The notes: generated by a model not told the origin, from the letters alone. A stretch of DNA of 40,226 bases from Gammaproteobacteria bacterium (GCA_010029775.1 RGWK01000001.1:1-40226); one strand, 5' to 3'; counted from the first letter of the stretch, positions 1 through 9,173 are shown. Numbers and translations: made by a program.

Positions 1-681
1 CAGATGATCGAGGGGCGCCGCGTCACCGATGCGAACGCCATCGATGCGACGGCGATGGTGCTGAGCGGTCTTATCAATACGCGCATCCTCGCCGCCTGCC
101 GTGAACTCGAAATCCCTGCCATCGGCATCAGTGGAGTGGATGCCGGTCTCGTACAGGCGCGCAAGCGCGCGCCAGTGAAGTTGCAGACGGGCGATGGCAT
201 GGTCGACTATGGTCTCGTGGGTGACATCGACTACATCGACACCGACGTGATTCGCAAGCTGCTCGACAACGGTCTGATGCCGGTGATTTCGCCGCTCTCG
301 AGCGATGATGCCGGCACCCTGCTCAACATCAACGCGGACACAGTCGCCTCGGCCATCGGCGCGGCGCTCGGCGCGGAGAAGTTGCTGCTGTGCACCGGAG
401 CGCCCGGCATTCTGCAGAACGTCGACGATCCAACCTCCGTCATTTCTTATACGGACCTCGCCGGACTGCAACGACTGCGTCAGGAAAAGCGCATCATCGA
501 CGGCATGCTGCCGAAGGCGAAGGCCATCGAAAACGCCATTACCGGTGGGGTCAAGCGCGTGCACGTGATCTCTTACAAGTCGCCCGATGCCATCCTCGCC
601 GAAGTGTTCACCAACGAGGGCACTGGAACGCTGGTCGTGGCTCCGGCGGAACTCGCCGCCGGCGGTGCAGCGCACACATGA
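1..681 (+). CDS. argB: acetylglutamate kinase, 5'-truncated by the window edge
   Basis: The reading frame is open from base 1. The translation carries the amino-acid-kinase core (PVISPL..., LLNINADTVASAIGAALGAEKLLLCTGAPGIL, GGMLPKAKA-like DGMLPKAKAIENAI). The stop overlaps the argH start (ATGA at 678-681). Confidence 0.85.
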   Translation, partial: QMIEGRRVTDANAIDATAMVLSGLINTRILAACRELEIPAIGISGVDAGLVQARKRAPVKLQTGDGMVDYGLVGDIDYIDTDVIRKLLDNGLMPVISPLSSDDAGTLLNINADTVASAIGAALGAEKLLLCTGAPGILQNVDDPTSVISYTDLAGLQRLRQEKRIIDGMLPKAKAIENAITGGVKRVHVISYKSPDAILAEVFTNEGTGTLVVAPAELAAGGAAHT

Positions 682-1889
682 GTCGTCTGTGGGACAAGGG
701 CGCCCCGCTCGATGAGCGAGTACTGCACTACACCGCAGGGGAAGATCACGCCCTCGATGAACGACTCGTGGCCTACGATGCGCGGGCTTCGATTGCACAT
801 GCGCAGATGCTGCACGATCAAGGCTTACTATCGGCCGCCGACTGCGAAGCCATCGAACAGGGTCTCGAGGCGCTCGCCGCCGCTCACGCCCAGGGTCAAT
901 GGCGAGTCGAGCTCGCCGACGAAGATGGTCAGACGGCACTGGAAAAGCGTCTCACGGCGCTCATCGGTGCTGCAGGCGGGCGTGTGCACCTTGGCCGCTC
1001 GCGCAACGATCAGGTGTTGACCGCGCTACGCCTTTATCTGCGCGATGCGACGCTGCAACTGGCCGACGCCGCCGATGCTGTCGCCGCAGCCCTGACACGG
1101 CTCGCCGCCCGCGAGGGCGATCTTGCGCTGCCGGGCTATACGCACATGCAGCAGGCGATGCCGAGTACGGTGGAATTGTGGGCCGGCGGCTTTGCCGCCG
1201 AGCTCCGTGACGATGCCGCAGGTCTGCGCGCCGTGCAGCGACGCATCGGCAAGAGCCCGCTCGGCTCCGCCGCGGGCTATGGCACGCCCGGTCTGCCCCT
1301 CGATCGCGAAGCGACGCGGCAGGCGCTCGATTTCGAGGTGGTGCACGAACCCGTGACCGCCGTGCAGCTCTCGCGCGGCAAGGCCGAGTCGCAGCTGCTT
1401 TTCGAGATCACCCTGCTGATGCAGGATCTCGGGCGCTTTGCGACCGACGTGTGTCTGTTCTACACGCAGGAGTTCGCCTTCGTACATCTGCCCGAGCAGT
1501 TCACCACGGGCTCATCGATCATGCCGCAGAAGCGCAACCCCGACGTGTTCGAACTGCTCCGCGGGCGCAGCGCTACGGCCCAGGCTTGTCTGCTCGAAGC
1601 ACTCGCCATCGTTGCCAAGTTGCCTTCGGGCTATCAGCGCGATCTGCAGTTGCTTAAAGCGCCGCTATTCCGTGGCATCGATCTGGCGCTCGCCAGCACG
1701 GCTATTCTGGTTCCGGCCATCGATGCGATGGGCTTTCGACCGGACAACATTCGCCTCGATCCGGCCATTCATGCCGCCGAAAGAGCCAACGAACTTGTGG
1801 TACGCGAGGGCATCCCGTTCCGCGAGGCGTATCGTCGCGTCGGTGCGGAATTGCGTGGCGCGTCTGACGACACCACCGAACAACCATGA
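678..1889 (+). CDS. argH: argininosuccinate lyase
   Basis: The internal ATG at 678 of ORF 390..1889 gives MSRLWDKGAPLDERVLHYT..., the typical ArgH N-terminus. The fumarate-lyase signature GSSIMPQKRNPD is present. The longer form from 390 would overlap argB and is Arg-rich junk. Confidence 0.9.
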   Translation: MSRLWDKGAPLDERVLHYTAGEDHALDERLVAYDARASIAHAQMLHDQGLLSAADCEAIEQGLEALAAAHAQGQWRVELADEDGQTALEKRLTALIGAAGGRVHLGRSRNDQVLTALRLYLRDATLQLADAADAVAAALTRLAAREGDLALPGYTHMQQAMPSTVELWAGGFAAELRDDAAGLRAVQRRIGKSPLGSAAGYGTPGLPLDREATRQALDFEVVHEPVTAVQLSRGKAESQLLFEITLLMQDLGRFATDVCLFYTQEFAFVHLPEQFTTGSSIMPQKRNPDVFELLRGRSATAQACLLEALAIVAKLPSGYQRDLQLLKAPLFRGIDLALASTAILVPAIDAMGFRPDNIRLDPAIHAAERANELVVREGIPFREAYRRVGAELRGASDDTTEQP

Positions 1890-2326
1890 CCACGTACCGA
1901 GACATACCCTGGCGCGCGGACATTACGCTCGAACGACTCAATGCACTCTCCAAAGACACGATGGCGGAGACGCTCGACATTGTCTTCACCGAACTGGCGG
2001 CAGATCACCTCAAGGCACGCATGCCGGTCACGGCCAGAACGGTACAACCGCGGCGTGTCCTGCATGGTGGTGCCTCGGCCGTGCTCGCCGAAACCATCGG
2101 TAGCGTCGGCGCCAACGCCTGCCTTGATGACGAGCACACAGCCGTGGGTCAGGAAATCAACGCCAACCATCTGCGTCCGGTCATGGAGGGGGATGTCGTT
2201 ACGGGCACCGGGCGCTTGCTGCACGCCGGGGCCCGCAGTCAGGTTTGGAACATCGAGTTGTTCGACTCGGCCGGTCAGCTCACCTGTGTCTCGCGCCTGA
2301 CCATGGCTGTCATCAGGCGACGCTGA
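1886..2326 (+). CDS. PaaI/YbdB-type hotdog-fold thioesterase
   Basis: 146 aa with the LHGGASAVLAETIGS motif and a C-terminal hotdog pattern. ATGA overlap with the argH stop. Confidence 0.75.
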   Translation: MTTYRDIPWRADITLERLNALSKDTMAETLDIVFTELAADHLKARMPVTARTVQPRRVLHGGASAVLAETIGSVGANACLDDEHTAVGQEINANHLRPVMEGDVVTGTGRLLHAGARSQVWNIELFDSAGQLTCVSRLTMAVIRRR

Positions 2327-2349
2327 GTCCACTGCCTACGGAGCCGATA

Positions 2350-2772
2350 ATGACCGACTTCGCTCGCACACCCGATCCCTCGCTCGTCACCTATACGCAC
2401 GTCATCTATGGGCTGCATGCGCTGTCGGTGCTGATCGGGGTGACGGGCGCCGCCACCATCGTCGGCAGCTTCATCTTCGGTCTGCCGTCGATCATTGCCG
2501 TCATCATGAATTACCTACGACGCCAAGACGCGGCGGGCACCTGGCTCGAGTCGCATTTCACATGGCAAATTCGTACCTTCTGGTGGGCACTGCTGTGGAG
2601 CATCGTGGTGCTCGTCGCCTCGGCGCCTTTGATGCTGATTATTGTGGGGTTCGTCACCGCCGCCTTCGGGCTGGTGGTGGTAGGTCTCTGGGTGCTGTAT
2701 CGGGTGCTGCGCGGTTGGCTGGCGCTGCGCGACGTTCGTACCCTGCCCACCGGTGGGGCAACCCGCGCATGA
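2350..2772 (+). CDS. conserved integral membrane protein (about 4 TM helices), family uncertain
   Basis: The internal ATG at 2350 gives MTDFARTPDPSLVTYTHVIYGLHALSVLIG.... There are four hydrophobic spans and GC3-rich codons. No family motif that I can name with confidence. Confidence 0.6.
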   Translation: MTDFARTPDPSLVTYTHVIYGLHALSVLIGVTGAATIVGSFIFGLPSIIAVIMNYLRRQDAAGTWLESHFTWQIRTFWWALLWSIVVLVASAPLMLIIVGFVTAAFGLVVVGLWVLYRVLRGWLALRDVRTLPTGGATRA

Positions 2773-2990
2773 CAACCCGTGACCCTGGAGAGGGGCATCG
2801 CTTGCGCCAGCGCGTCGTTGCAGCCGTCCGCATAGCCATAACCCTCAGCCTCACCGCGACGCTCGGCGGCTGCGGCCAACTGGGCCCGCTGTATCTGCCG
2901 CCGCCTGCGACCGAGGTCATTACCCGCCCCGCGGCCGACACGCCCTCGACCACCCTGCCGGCTGCGACACCGGACGCGCAAACGCCCTAA
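2769..2990 (+). CDS. lptM: small lipoprotein, LptM (YifL)-like
   Basis: The lipobox plus signature LGGCGQLGPLYLPPP resembles E. coli YifL/LptM (GCGLKGPLYFPP). The tail is Pro/Thr/Ala-rich. ATGA overlap with the upstream gene. The start could be further downstream. Confidence 0.6.
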   Translation: MTTRDPGEGHRLRQRVVAAVRIAITLSLTATLGGCGQLGPLYLPPPATEVITRPAADTPSTTLPAATPDAQTP

Positions 2991-2999
2991 ACGCCGCAG

Positions 3000-3022
3000 G
3001 GCCTGCACTGCACCGGCAGGCC
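3000..3022 (+). terminator. 7-bp GC hairpin after lptM (weak terminator candidate)
   Basis: GGCCTGC (3000-3006) pairs with GCAGGCC (3016-3022) around a 9-nt loop. There is no clean U-tract. Confidence 0.25.
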
Positions 3023-3093
3023 GCACCAATTTACTGGGTCATAACCGCTGAGGTCACCGCCGGCACGCGGTCCGCCCCGGACGGCTTTATCGC

Positions 3094-3099
3094 TATAAT
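3094..3099 (+). promoter_or_regulatory. perfect TATAAT -10 hexamer upstream of the HiPIP gene
   Basis: TATAAT at 3094-3099 lies in an otherwise GC-rich spacer, 57 nt before the ATG at 3156. I found no convincing -35 element. Confidence 0.3.
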
Positions 3100-3155
3100 G
3101 CGGGGGTGAGACGTCCCCCGTCTTTCATTGCCTCCATCACAAACAGGAAGTGATC

Positions 3156-3512
3156 ATGAAGTCTGACAAGCTCACTCGCCGTCAGGTACTCGGCGCCACG
3201 GTGCTCGGTCTGCCGGCCATTCCGGTCGTAGTCGAAACGGCTCTCGCGCAGGCGAAGCCCGCCGCAGGTGCCCTGCCCGTGCTCAGCCCCACCGAGCCGG
3301 CTGCCAAGGCTCTCGGCTATGTCGAGGACACGACCAAGGTCGACGCCAAAGCGAACCCGAACCACAAGAAAGAGCAGCACTGCGGCAACTGCCTGCAGTG
3401 GGCGGACAAGAACCGCAAGGCGCCGCTCGCCAAGTGCAACCTCTTCCCGGGCAAGCTCGTGAAGAACCCGGGCTGGTGCAAAGTCTGGGTGAAGGCGCCG
3501 GGCGTCGCCTAA
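3156..3512 (+). CDS. hip: high-potential iron-sulfur protein (HiPIP), Tat-exported
   Basis: Twin-arginine signal (LTRRQVLGATVLG). Four-Cys pattern HCGNC...C...WC near the C-terminus. AGGA sits 7 nt before the ATG at 3156 (the ORF track starts at GTG 3150). Confidence 0.85.
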   Translation: MKSDKLTRRQVLGATVLGLPAIPVVVETALAQAKPAAGALPVLSPTEPAAKALGYVEDTTKVDAKANPNHKKEQHCGNCLQWADKNRKAPLAKCNLFPGKLVKNPGWCKVWVKAPGVA

Positions 3513-3516
3513 AGCC

Positions 3517-4140
3517 ATGCGTAAACGCCGGGCAGAAGCGGATCGCGCGCTGCCCGGCGTTCGCCCTTTTCTTTGGGCAGTGCTGTCACTCGCCCTGCTG
3601 ATGTCGGCCTGTGCACCTCCCGCGCCCTTCAACTCCACCGAAGTCAGCGGCATCGATTACGGCCGCGGTCTGCGCATCGCCGATACCGACGGACAACCGC
3701 GCAGTCTCGAGGACTTCGCCGACTCCGTCACGGTGGTGTTCTTCGGTTTCACCAGTTGCCCGGATGTCTGCCCGAGCACGCTACTGCGCCTGAAACAGGC
3801 GCGCGAGGCGCTCGGCGCCGACGCGCAGCACGTCAAGGTGTTGCTCATCAGTGTCGATCCGCAACGTGACTCACCCGAACGACTGCGCGCCTACCTCGAG
3901 AACTTCGACTCCTCGTTCGTAGGCTTGCGACCCGCACCGGAGCAACTGCCCGCGGTGGTGAAGGCTTTCCATGCGATTGCTGTGCAAGTGCCGTCGAAAG
4001 ACGGCTCCACGTACACGGTCGATCATTCGAGCACGCTGTACATCTATGATCGACGCAATCGACTACGCCTGATCACACAACCTGATTTCGTCATGGAAGA
4101 CCTCGTCGCAGATTTGCGCCGTCTCGTCGCCAAAGAATGA
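3517..4140 (+). CDS. SCO1/SenC family copper chaperone, lipoprotein
   Basis: Lipobox LLMSAC, the thioredoxin-like copper motif FFGFTSCPDVCP, and a conserved downstream DHS. Confidence 0.85.
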   Translation: MRKRRAEADRALPGVRPFLWAVLSLALLMSACAPPAPFNSTEVSGIDYGRGLRIADTDGQPRSLEDFADSVTVVFFGFTSCPDVCPSTLLRLKQAREALGADAQHVKVLLISVDPQRDSPERLRAYLENFDSSFVGLRPAPEQLPAVVKAFHAIAVQVPSKDGSTYTVDHSSTLYIYDRRNRLRLITQPDFVMEDLVADLRRLVAKE

Positions 4141-4150
4141 AGCGGCGCGC

Positions 4151-6943
4151 ATGAGCAAGTCCGATCTGGTGCTGGTCGACGGCTCCTCTTACCTCTACCG
4201 CGCCTTTCACGCGCTGCCGCCGTTCACCAATGCCGCGGGCGAACCGACCGGGGCGGTCCTCGGCGTGGTCAACATGTTGCTGAAGTTTCTCCGCGAACAC
4301 GAACCCGCCACGATGGTCGTTGTGTTCGATGCGCCGGGGAAAACCTTCCGCGACGAGTTGTTCGCCGAGTACAAGGCCCATCGCCCGCCGATGCCGGACG
4401 ATCTGCGCGTGCAGGTCGAACCCTTGCTCGACACCGTGCGCGCCCTTGGCCTGCCGCTGCTACGCCTGGCGGGCGTCGAGGCGGATGATGTGATCGGCAC
4501 GCTCGCCACTCGCGCCGCAGCGGCCGGCCAGCAGGTGCTGATCTCGACGGGCGACAAGGACATGTGCCAGCTCGTCGGACCAAATATCACACTCATCAAC
4601 ACGATGAGCGATAGCCGTTACGACCGCGCTGGCGTCAAGGCGAAATTCGACGTGTGGCCCGAGCAGATCATCGACTACCTCGCACTCGTTGGCGACAGTT
4701 CGGACAATATTCCGGGCATCGATAAGGTCGGCCCGAAAACCGCAGCCAAATGGCTTGGGCAATACGGCTCGCTAGACAACTTGATCGCCCACGCCGCCGA
4801 GGTGCCGGGCAAGGTGGGCGAGAATCTGCGCGCGGGACTCGACACGCTGCATCTGTCGCGCCAACTGGCGACGATACGCTGCGACCTCGAGTTGCCGGCG
4901 GACGCCCAGGACCTCGGTCGCCGGCCGCAGGATGACACGCAACTTAAGGCGCTCTACACGCGCCTGGGCTTTCGGCAATTGCTGCGCACGCTGGGCGAAT
5001 CGACAGACGATACCGCAGCAGCAAACCCAGCCTCACCGAGTGCCTCCGCAGAGGGGACGCCGGGCGGATCGACGAGCGATACGGCCGCACTACTGCGACG
5101 CCCAGAGATCGTGGAAGCACCACGCGCCTACGAGATCGTCACCGATGAAGTGCAGTTTTCGCATTGGCTCGCACGGCTCGAAGCGGCAGAGCTCATCGCT
5201 TTTGACACCGAAACAACCAGTCTCGACTACATGCAGGCCCGCATCGTGGGCGTCTCGTTCTGCATCGAGCCAGGCATCGCGGCCTACGTGCCGCTCGCCC
5301 ACGACTACGTGGGTGCGCCGATGCAACTCGATCGCGACAGGGTGCTGCAACGCCTGCAACCGCTGCTGGAAAACGCGCAGAAATCCAAACTCGGTCACCA
5401 TCTGAAGTACGACGCGCATGTCCTCGCCAATCACGGTATCAGACTCGCCGGAATGCGCTACGACACGATGCTCGAGTCTTACGTGTGGAACAGCGTCGCG
5501 ATCCGTCACGACATGGACTCGGCCGCCGAGCGCTATCTCGGCATCAAGACGATCAGTTACGAGGATGTAGCCGGCAAGGGAGCCAAGCAGATTCCCTTCA
5601 GTCAGGTGGAGATTCTGCGTGCCGGTGAATACGCTGCGGAGGATGCCGACGTCACGCTGCGGCTGCACCGCACATTGTGGCCGGCGATCGACCATGAGCC
5701 CTTGCTCAAACGCCTCTACGAAGAATTCGAGCAGCCACTGGTGCCCGTGCTGCAACGCATGGAGCGACGGGGCGTACTCATCGATCGCGAACGCTTGCGG
5801 GTGCAGAGCCGCGAGCTCGAGCAGCGCGCGGGCGAACTGCAGGCTGAGGCCCATGCACTTGCCGGCAGTCCGTTCAATCTCGACTCGCCGAAGCAGCTGC
5901 AGCAGATCCTCTTCGAGACGATGCAAATCCCGGTGTTGCGCAAGACACCGACCGGTCAGCCCTCCACTGCCGAAGACGTACTCGAGGAACTCGCGGAGCA
6001 ACACGCCCTGCCGCGCCTGATTCTCGAATATCGCGGCATTGCCAAACTGCGCAGCACCTACGCCGACAAGCTGCCGACGCAGATCAACCCCGACACGGGC
6101 CGGGTGCACACGTCCTATCACCAGGCCGTGGCGCAGACCGGTCGACTCTCCTCGACGGACCCGAATCTGCAGAACATCCCGATCCGCACTCCCGAAGGCC
6201 GGCGTATCCGACAGGCCTTCATCGCTCCGCCCGGCAAGGTGCTGCTCGCGGCCGACTACTCGCAGATCGAGCTGCGGATCATGGCGCACTTGTCGGCAGA
6301 CGAGGGGTTGCAGGCTGCGTTCGCCGCCGAGCGTGACGTCCATCAAGCAACCGCTGCCGAGGTCTTCGGCGTACCCCTCGATCAGGTCACAGCCGACCAG
6401 CGCCGCTCGGCCAAAGCGATCAACTTCGGGCTGATCTACGGCATGTCTGCCTTCGGGCTCGCGCGCCAACTCGGCATCGATCGTGGCGCGGCGCAGAGCT
6501 ACGTCGAGCTCTACTTCGCGCGCTACCCCGGCGTAAAGGCCTACATGGACCGCACCCGCGATCAAGCGCGCGACACCGGATACGTCGAAACGGTATTCGG
6601 ACGCAGGCTCTATCTACCCGACATCCGCTCGCGCAATCGCGCGCTGCAGCAGTACGCCGAGCGCAGCGCGATTAACGCGCCCATGCAGGGCACCGCCGCC
6701 GATCTCATCAAGAAAGCCATGATCGCTGTCGATGCCTGGTGTGAGAGCGAGGGTCGCGGGCAGGCTGCGCTGCTGATGCAGGTCCACGACGAACTCGTGC
6801 TCGAAGTGTCTGCAGATCCGCCGATCGTGCAGCGCGTCAGCGCAGCGATCCGCGAGCGCATGGTGGCCGCGGGTGAGGGCGCCTTGTCGGTCGCCCTGCG
6901 AGTCGATATCGGAATCGGAGCGAACTGGGACGAGGCGCATTAA
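4151..6943 (+). CDS. polA: DNA polymerase I
   Basis: 930 aa. It has a 5'-3' exonuclease N-terminus, a 3'-5' exonuclease block (FDTETTSLD), and polymerase motifs (DYSQIELRIMAHLS, RRSAKAINFGLIYG, QVHDELV). Confidence 0.97.
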   Translation: MSKSDLVLVDGSSYLYRAFHALPPFTNAAGEPTGAVLGVVNMLLKFLREHEPATMVVVFDAPGKTFRDELFAEYKAHRPPMPDDLRVQVEPLLDTVRALGLPLLRLAGVEADDVIGTLATRAAAAGQQVLISTGDKDMCQLVGPNITLINTMSDSRYDRAGVKAKFDVWPEQIIDYLALVGDSSDNIPGIDKVGPKTAAKWLGQYGSLDNLIAHAAEVPGKVGENLRAGLDTLHLSRQLATIRCDLELPADAQDLGRRPQDDTQLKALYTRLGFRQLLRTLGESTDDTAAANPASPSASAEGTPGGSTSDTAALLRRPEIVEAPRAYEIVTDEVQFSHWLARLEAAELIAFDTETTSLDYMQARIVGVSFCIEPGIAAYVPLAHDYVGAPMQLDRDRVLQRLQPLLENAQKSKLGHHLKYDAHVLANHGIRLAGMRYDTMLESYVWNSVAIRHDMDSAAERYLGIKTISYEDVAGKGAKQIPFSQVEILRAGEYAAEDADVTLRLHRTLWPAIDHEPLLKRLYEEFEQPLVPVLQRMERRGVLIDRERLRVQSRELEQRAGELQAEAHALAGSPFNLDSPKQLQQILFETMQIPVLRKTPTGQPSTAEDVLEELAEQHALPRLILEYRGIAKLRSTYADKLPTQINPDTGRVHTSYHQAVAQTGRLSSTDPNLQNIPIRTPEGRRIRQAFIAPPGKVLLAADYSQIELRIMAHLSADEGLQAAFAAERDVHQATAAEVFGVPLDQVTADQRRSAKAINFGLIYGMSAFGLARQLGIDRGAAQSYVELYFARYPGVKAYMDRTRDQARDTGYVETVFGRRLYLPDIRSRNRALQQYAERSAINAPMQGTAADLIKKAMIAVDAWCESEGRGQAALLMQVHDELVLEVSADPPIVQRVSAAIRERMVAAGEGALSVALRVDIGIGANWDEAH

Positions 6944-6944
6944 G

Positions 6945-6961
6945 GGCGTTGCGAAAACGCC
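6945..6961 (+). terminator. short hairpin immediately after the polA stop
   Basis: GGCGTT (6945-6950) pairs with AACGCC (6956-6961) around a 5-nt loop. No U-tract follows. Confidence 0.25.
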
Positions 6962-7016
6962 ACATGTGGTCAATTAACCCCATGATTATTAAAGAAATTA
7001 TTTTCCGGGTTTTTTC

Positions 7017-7044
7017 GGAACCTTCGTCGCCGTCCCCAGTCTGA
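7017..7044 (+). promoter_or_regulatory. candidate RpoE/AlgU-type (ECF sigma) promoter
   Basis: GGAACCT (7017-7023), a 16-nt spacer, then TCTGA (7040-7044). The consensus is GAACTT-N16/17-TCTGA. Confidence 0.4.
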
Positions 7045-7049
7045 TTCCC

Positions 7050-7168
7050 CGAACGCTCTGCGTTCCCCGCTTTTCTCCCTCCCTGAGCGGGCACCCGGCC
7101 TCCAGACCTGTGTCGGGTTTGTCTACCCCCGGTCGTTTCCCCGTGAAGCGCCCGGGGGTTCTTTTATT
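7050..7168 (+). ncRNA. candidate small RNA at the Spot 42/ErsA position (polA-engB spacer)
   Basis: Bounded by the sigmaE-like promoter and a plus-strand-only intrinsic terminator: CCCCCGG 7126-7132 pairs with CCGGGGG 7152-7158, followed by TTCTTTTATT. An internal stem (7066-7070/7087-7091) presents a CU-rich loop TTTTCTCCCTCCCTGA. The ends are approximate. Confidence 0.4.
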
Positions 7169-7751
7169 CCGGGGAGCCCCACAGTGCGGCTAGCCGATCC
7201 TGCGCCTCGCGAACCCCGAGCCCCGCGTGGGCGGAAAACACCTGCACACTGGCAAGGCTCCCGAGTGCTGCACTCGCGGCTCGCAGACCCGCCGCGCGCT
7301 CGGCCTGGTTCAGCTTGTCGGCCTTGGAAAGCAGCACGTGAACCCCGCGCCGCGCAGGCTGCGCCCAATCGATCAGCGCAAAATCCTCCTCGCGCAAACC
7401 GCGGCGGGCATCCACGATCAGTATCAGGCCCCGCAAACTATCCCGCTCGCGCAAGGCATCGAGCAGCGGCAACCACTTTTTCCGCTCCTCGGGGCGCACC
7501 GAGGCGTAGCCATACCCGGGGAGATCAACGATCCGGCGCCCGGCCTCCAATTCGAAGTAGTTCAGCAGCCGGGTCTGCCCGGGGGTCTTGCTGGTGCGGG
7601 CCAAAGCCTTGCGCTCGGCGACGGCGTTGATCGCACTGGACTTGCCCGCATTGGACCGCCCGGCAAAGGCCACTTCCGCACCGACATCGGCGGGGAACTG
7701 CTCCTTGGCTGCCACGCTCAGAAGGAAATTGGCCTGTGGGAAGCGTGACAC
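7164..7751 (-). CDS. engB: ribosome biogenesis GTP-binding protein YihA/EngB
   Basis: G1 motif GRSNAGKSS, G3 motif DLPGYG, G4 motif SKADK. Lies next to polA, the classical position. Confidence 0.92.
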   Translation of the reverse strand: MSRFPQANFLLSVAAKEQFPADVGAEVAFAGRSNAGKSSAINAVAERKALARTSKTPGQTRLLNYFELEAGRRIVDLPGYGYASVRPEERKKWLPLLDALRERDSLRGLILIVDARRGLREEDFALIDWAQPARRGVHVLLSKADKLNQAERAAGLRAASAALGSLASVQVFSAHAGLGVREAQDRLAALWGSPE

Positions 7752-7783
7752 CCCTTTAGTGTAAACTGCCGAGGTCGAATTCG

Positions 7784-8452
7784 ATGTCTGGAGCCTGCGA
7801 AATGTTCATTTGTCCGCCCTCCGCGAGGGTCATCGCCGTATTGTTGTTGTCGGTCGTGCTCGCGCCTGCCGCCTTGGCCCGAGGCAATGCCGAAGCCGGC
7901 GCAGCCAAGGCCGCCGTCTGCGCCGCCTGTCACGGTGCCAACGGCAACAGCGTCAACCCGGAATGGCCGAATCTCGCCGGTCAAAACTCGCGCTACATCG
8001 CCGAGCAGCTCAAGCTGTTCCGCGCCGGTCACCGCAACAACGCAGTGATGTATCCGCTCGCGATGGCGCTGACGGATGAAGATATCGCGGATCTGTCGGC
8101 CTACTTCGCTACGCTGACCCCGACCGGCCTCGAAGCGGACCCGGCAACCTACAAGGCCGGCGAAGCGCTGTACCGCGGTGGCGATCGGGCGCGCAACATT
8201 CCCTCCTGCACCTCATGCCACGGCCCGGTTGGCCTCGGTAATTCCGGGGCGGGGTATCCGGCACTGCGTGCGCAGCACTCAACCTACACCCTCAAGCAAC
8301 TGGCCGACTACGCGAGCGATCAGCGCTACCTCGACATCGCCACCGGCAATCCGACGAAGTCGATGAATGGTCACATGATGTCGACTATTGCCAAGCGGCT
8401 GAGCGAAGACGACAAGCGCGCCCTCGCCAGCTATATCCAGGGTCTGCGCTGA
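7784..8452 (+). CDS. dihaem cytochrome c4
   Basis: Two CxxCH haem sites (CAACHG and CTSCHG) with a signal peptide. The true start may be the ATG at 7802 (MFICPP...). Confidence 0.88.
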   Translation: MSGACEMFICPPSARVIAVLLLSVVLAPAALARGNAEAGAAKAAVCAACHGANGNSVNPEWPNLAGQNSRYIAEQLKLFRAGHRNNAVMYPLAMALTDEDIADLSAYFATLTPTGLEADPATYKAGEALYRGGDRARNIPSCTSCHGPVGLGNSGAGYPALRAQHSTYTLKQLADYASDQRYLDIATGNPTKSMNGHMMSTIAKRLSEDDKRALASYIQGLR

Positions 8453-8465
8453 AATCCATCTCACG

Positions 8466-9173
8466 GTGATGCCCATGACGACGATCACTCGAGCGTTTAC
8501 CCGTCTTCCACTGTTCGCAGTCGCCGTGGCGCTGCTCTTCACAGCCGCTGCACCGTCATCTCACGCACAGGGCGCGGCGGCGGTGCCGAGCAAGTGGCAA
8601 CAGGGCCGCCACTACCGCAGCGTCGTACCGCAAATGCCGACCTCGGTCGCGCCAGGAAAAGTCGAAGTAGTCGAGATCTTCTGGTACGGCTGCGGCGCGT
8701 GCTACATGCTCGATCCGTACCTTGAGAGTTGGAAAAAGAAAGACAAGCCGGCCAACGTCGAATTCGTACGCGTCCCCGTCACGTGGAACGAAGGCGCCAA
8801 GATGCACGCGCGACTCTTCTACACGCTGCAGGCCCTGAAGCAGGACGAACGACTGCACACCAAAGTATTCGACACCATCCACCGCGGTGGTAACGGCCTG
8901 CTCGGCCGCGACGCGGAATCAACCCTGCCGGTCGTCCGCGATTGGGCCAAAGCCAACGGTATCGACCCGAAGGCGTTCACGGACGCATGGAATTCCATGT
9001 GGGTGAACACGAAGTTGCGCCAAGCGGACGAGATCGTCCGGCGCTATCGCGCCGAAGGCACGCCGTTCATGGCCGTCAACGGTCGCTGGTCGACGGATAT
9101 CAACTCGGCAGGCGGCGTGCCGCAGATGCTCGAGCTCATCAACACACTAGCCCGCGCCGAGCAGCCACGCTGA
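8466..9173 (+). CDS. dsbA: thiol:disulfide interchange protein DsbA
   Basis: Signal peptide, active site WYGCGACY (CxxC), DsbA-length thioredoxin fold, and a position directly after cytochrome c4. Confidence 0.88.
   Translation: MMPMTTITRAFTRLPLFAVAVALLFTAAAPSSHAQGAAAVPSKWQQGRHYRSVVPQMPTSVAPGKVEVVEIFWYGCGACYMLDPYLESWKKKDKPANVEFVRVPVTWNEGAKMHARLFYTLQALKQDERLHTKVFDTIHRGGNGLLGRDAESTLPVVRDWAKANGIDPKAFTDAWNSMWVNTKLRQADEIVRRYRAEGTPFMAVNGRWSTDINSAGGVPQMLELINTLARAEQPR

Noticed and set aside
390-677. Extended N-terminus of argH (ORF from 390); likewise caspase from 12415, S41 from 15493, dapF from 35599, xerC from 36915, amtB from 32694
   Set aside because: The extensions overlap the preceding genes and are Arg-rich. 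Internal starts give canonical N-termini, signal peptides or ATGA/GTGA coupling.
5090-6565. 491-aa ORF antisense to polA
   Set aside because: It lies entirely inside the unambiguous polA gene on the opposite strand. The translation is Arg/Gly/His/Leu-rich with no motifs, which is the typical shadow ORF of a high-GC coding region.
6960-6969. Perfect 10-bp palindrome CCACATGTGG after polA
   Set aside because: A single short palindrome could be a chance occurrence or part of the polA terminator region. Nothing else supports an operator.
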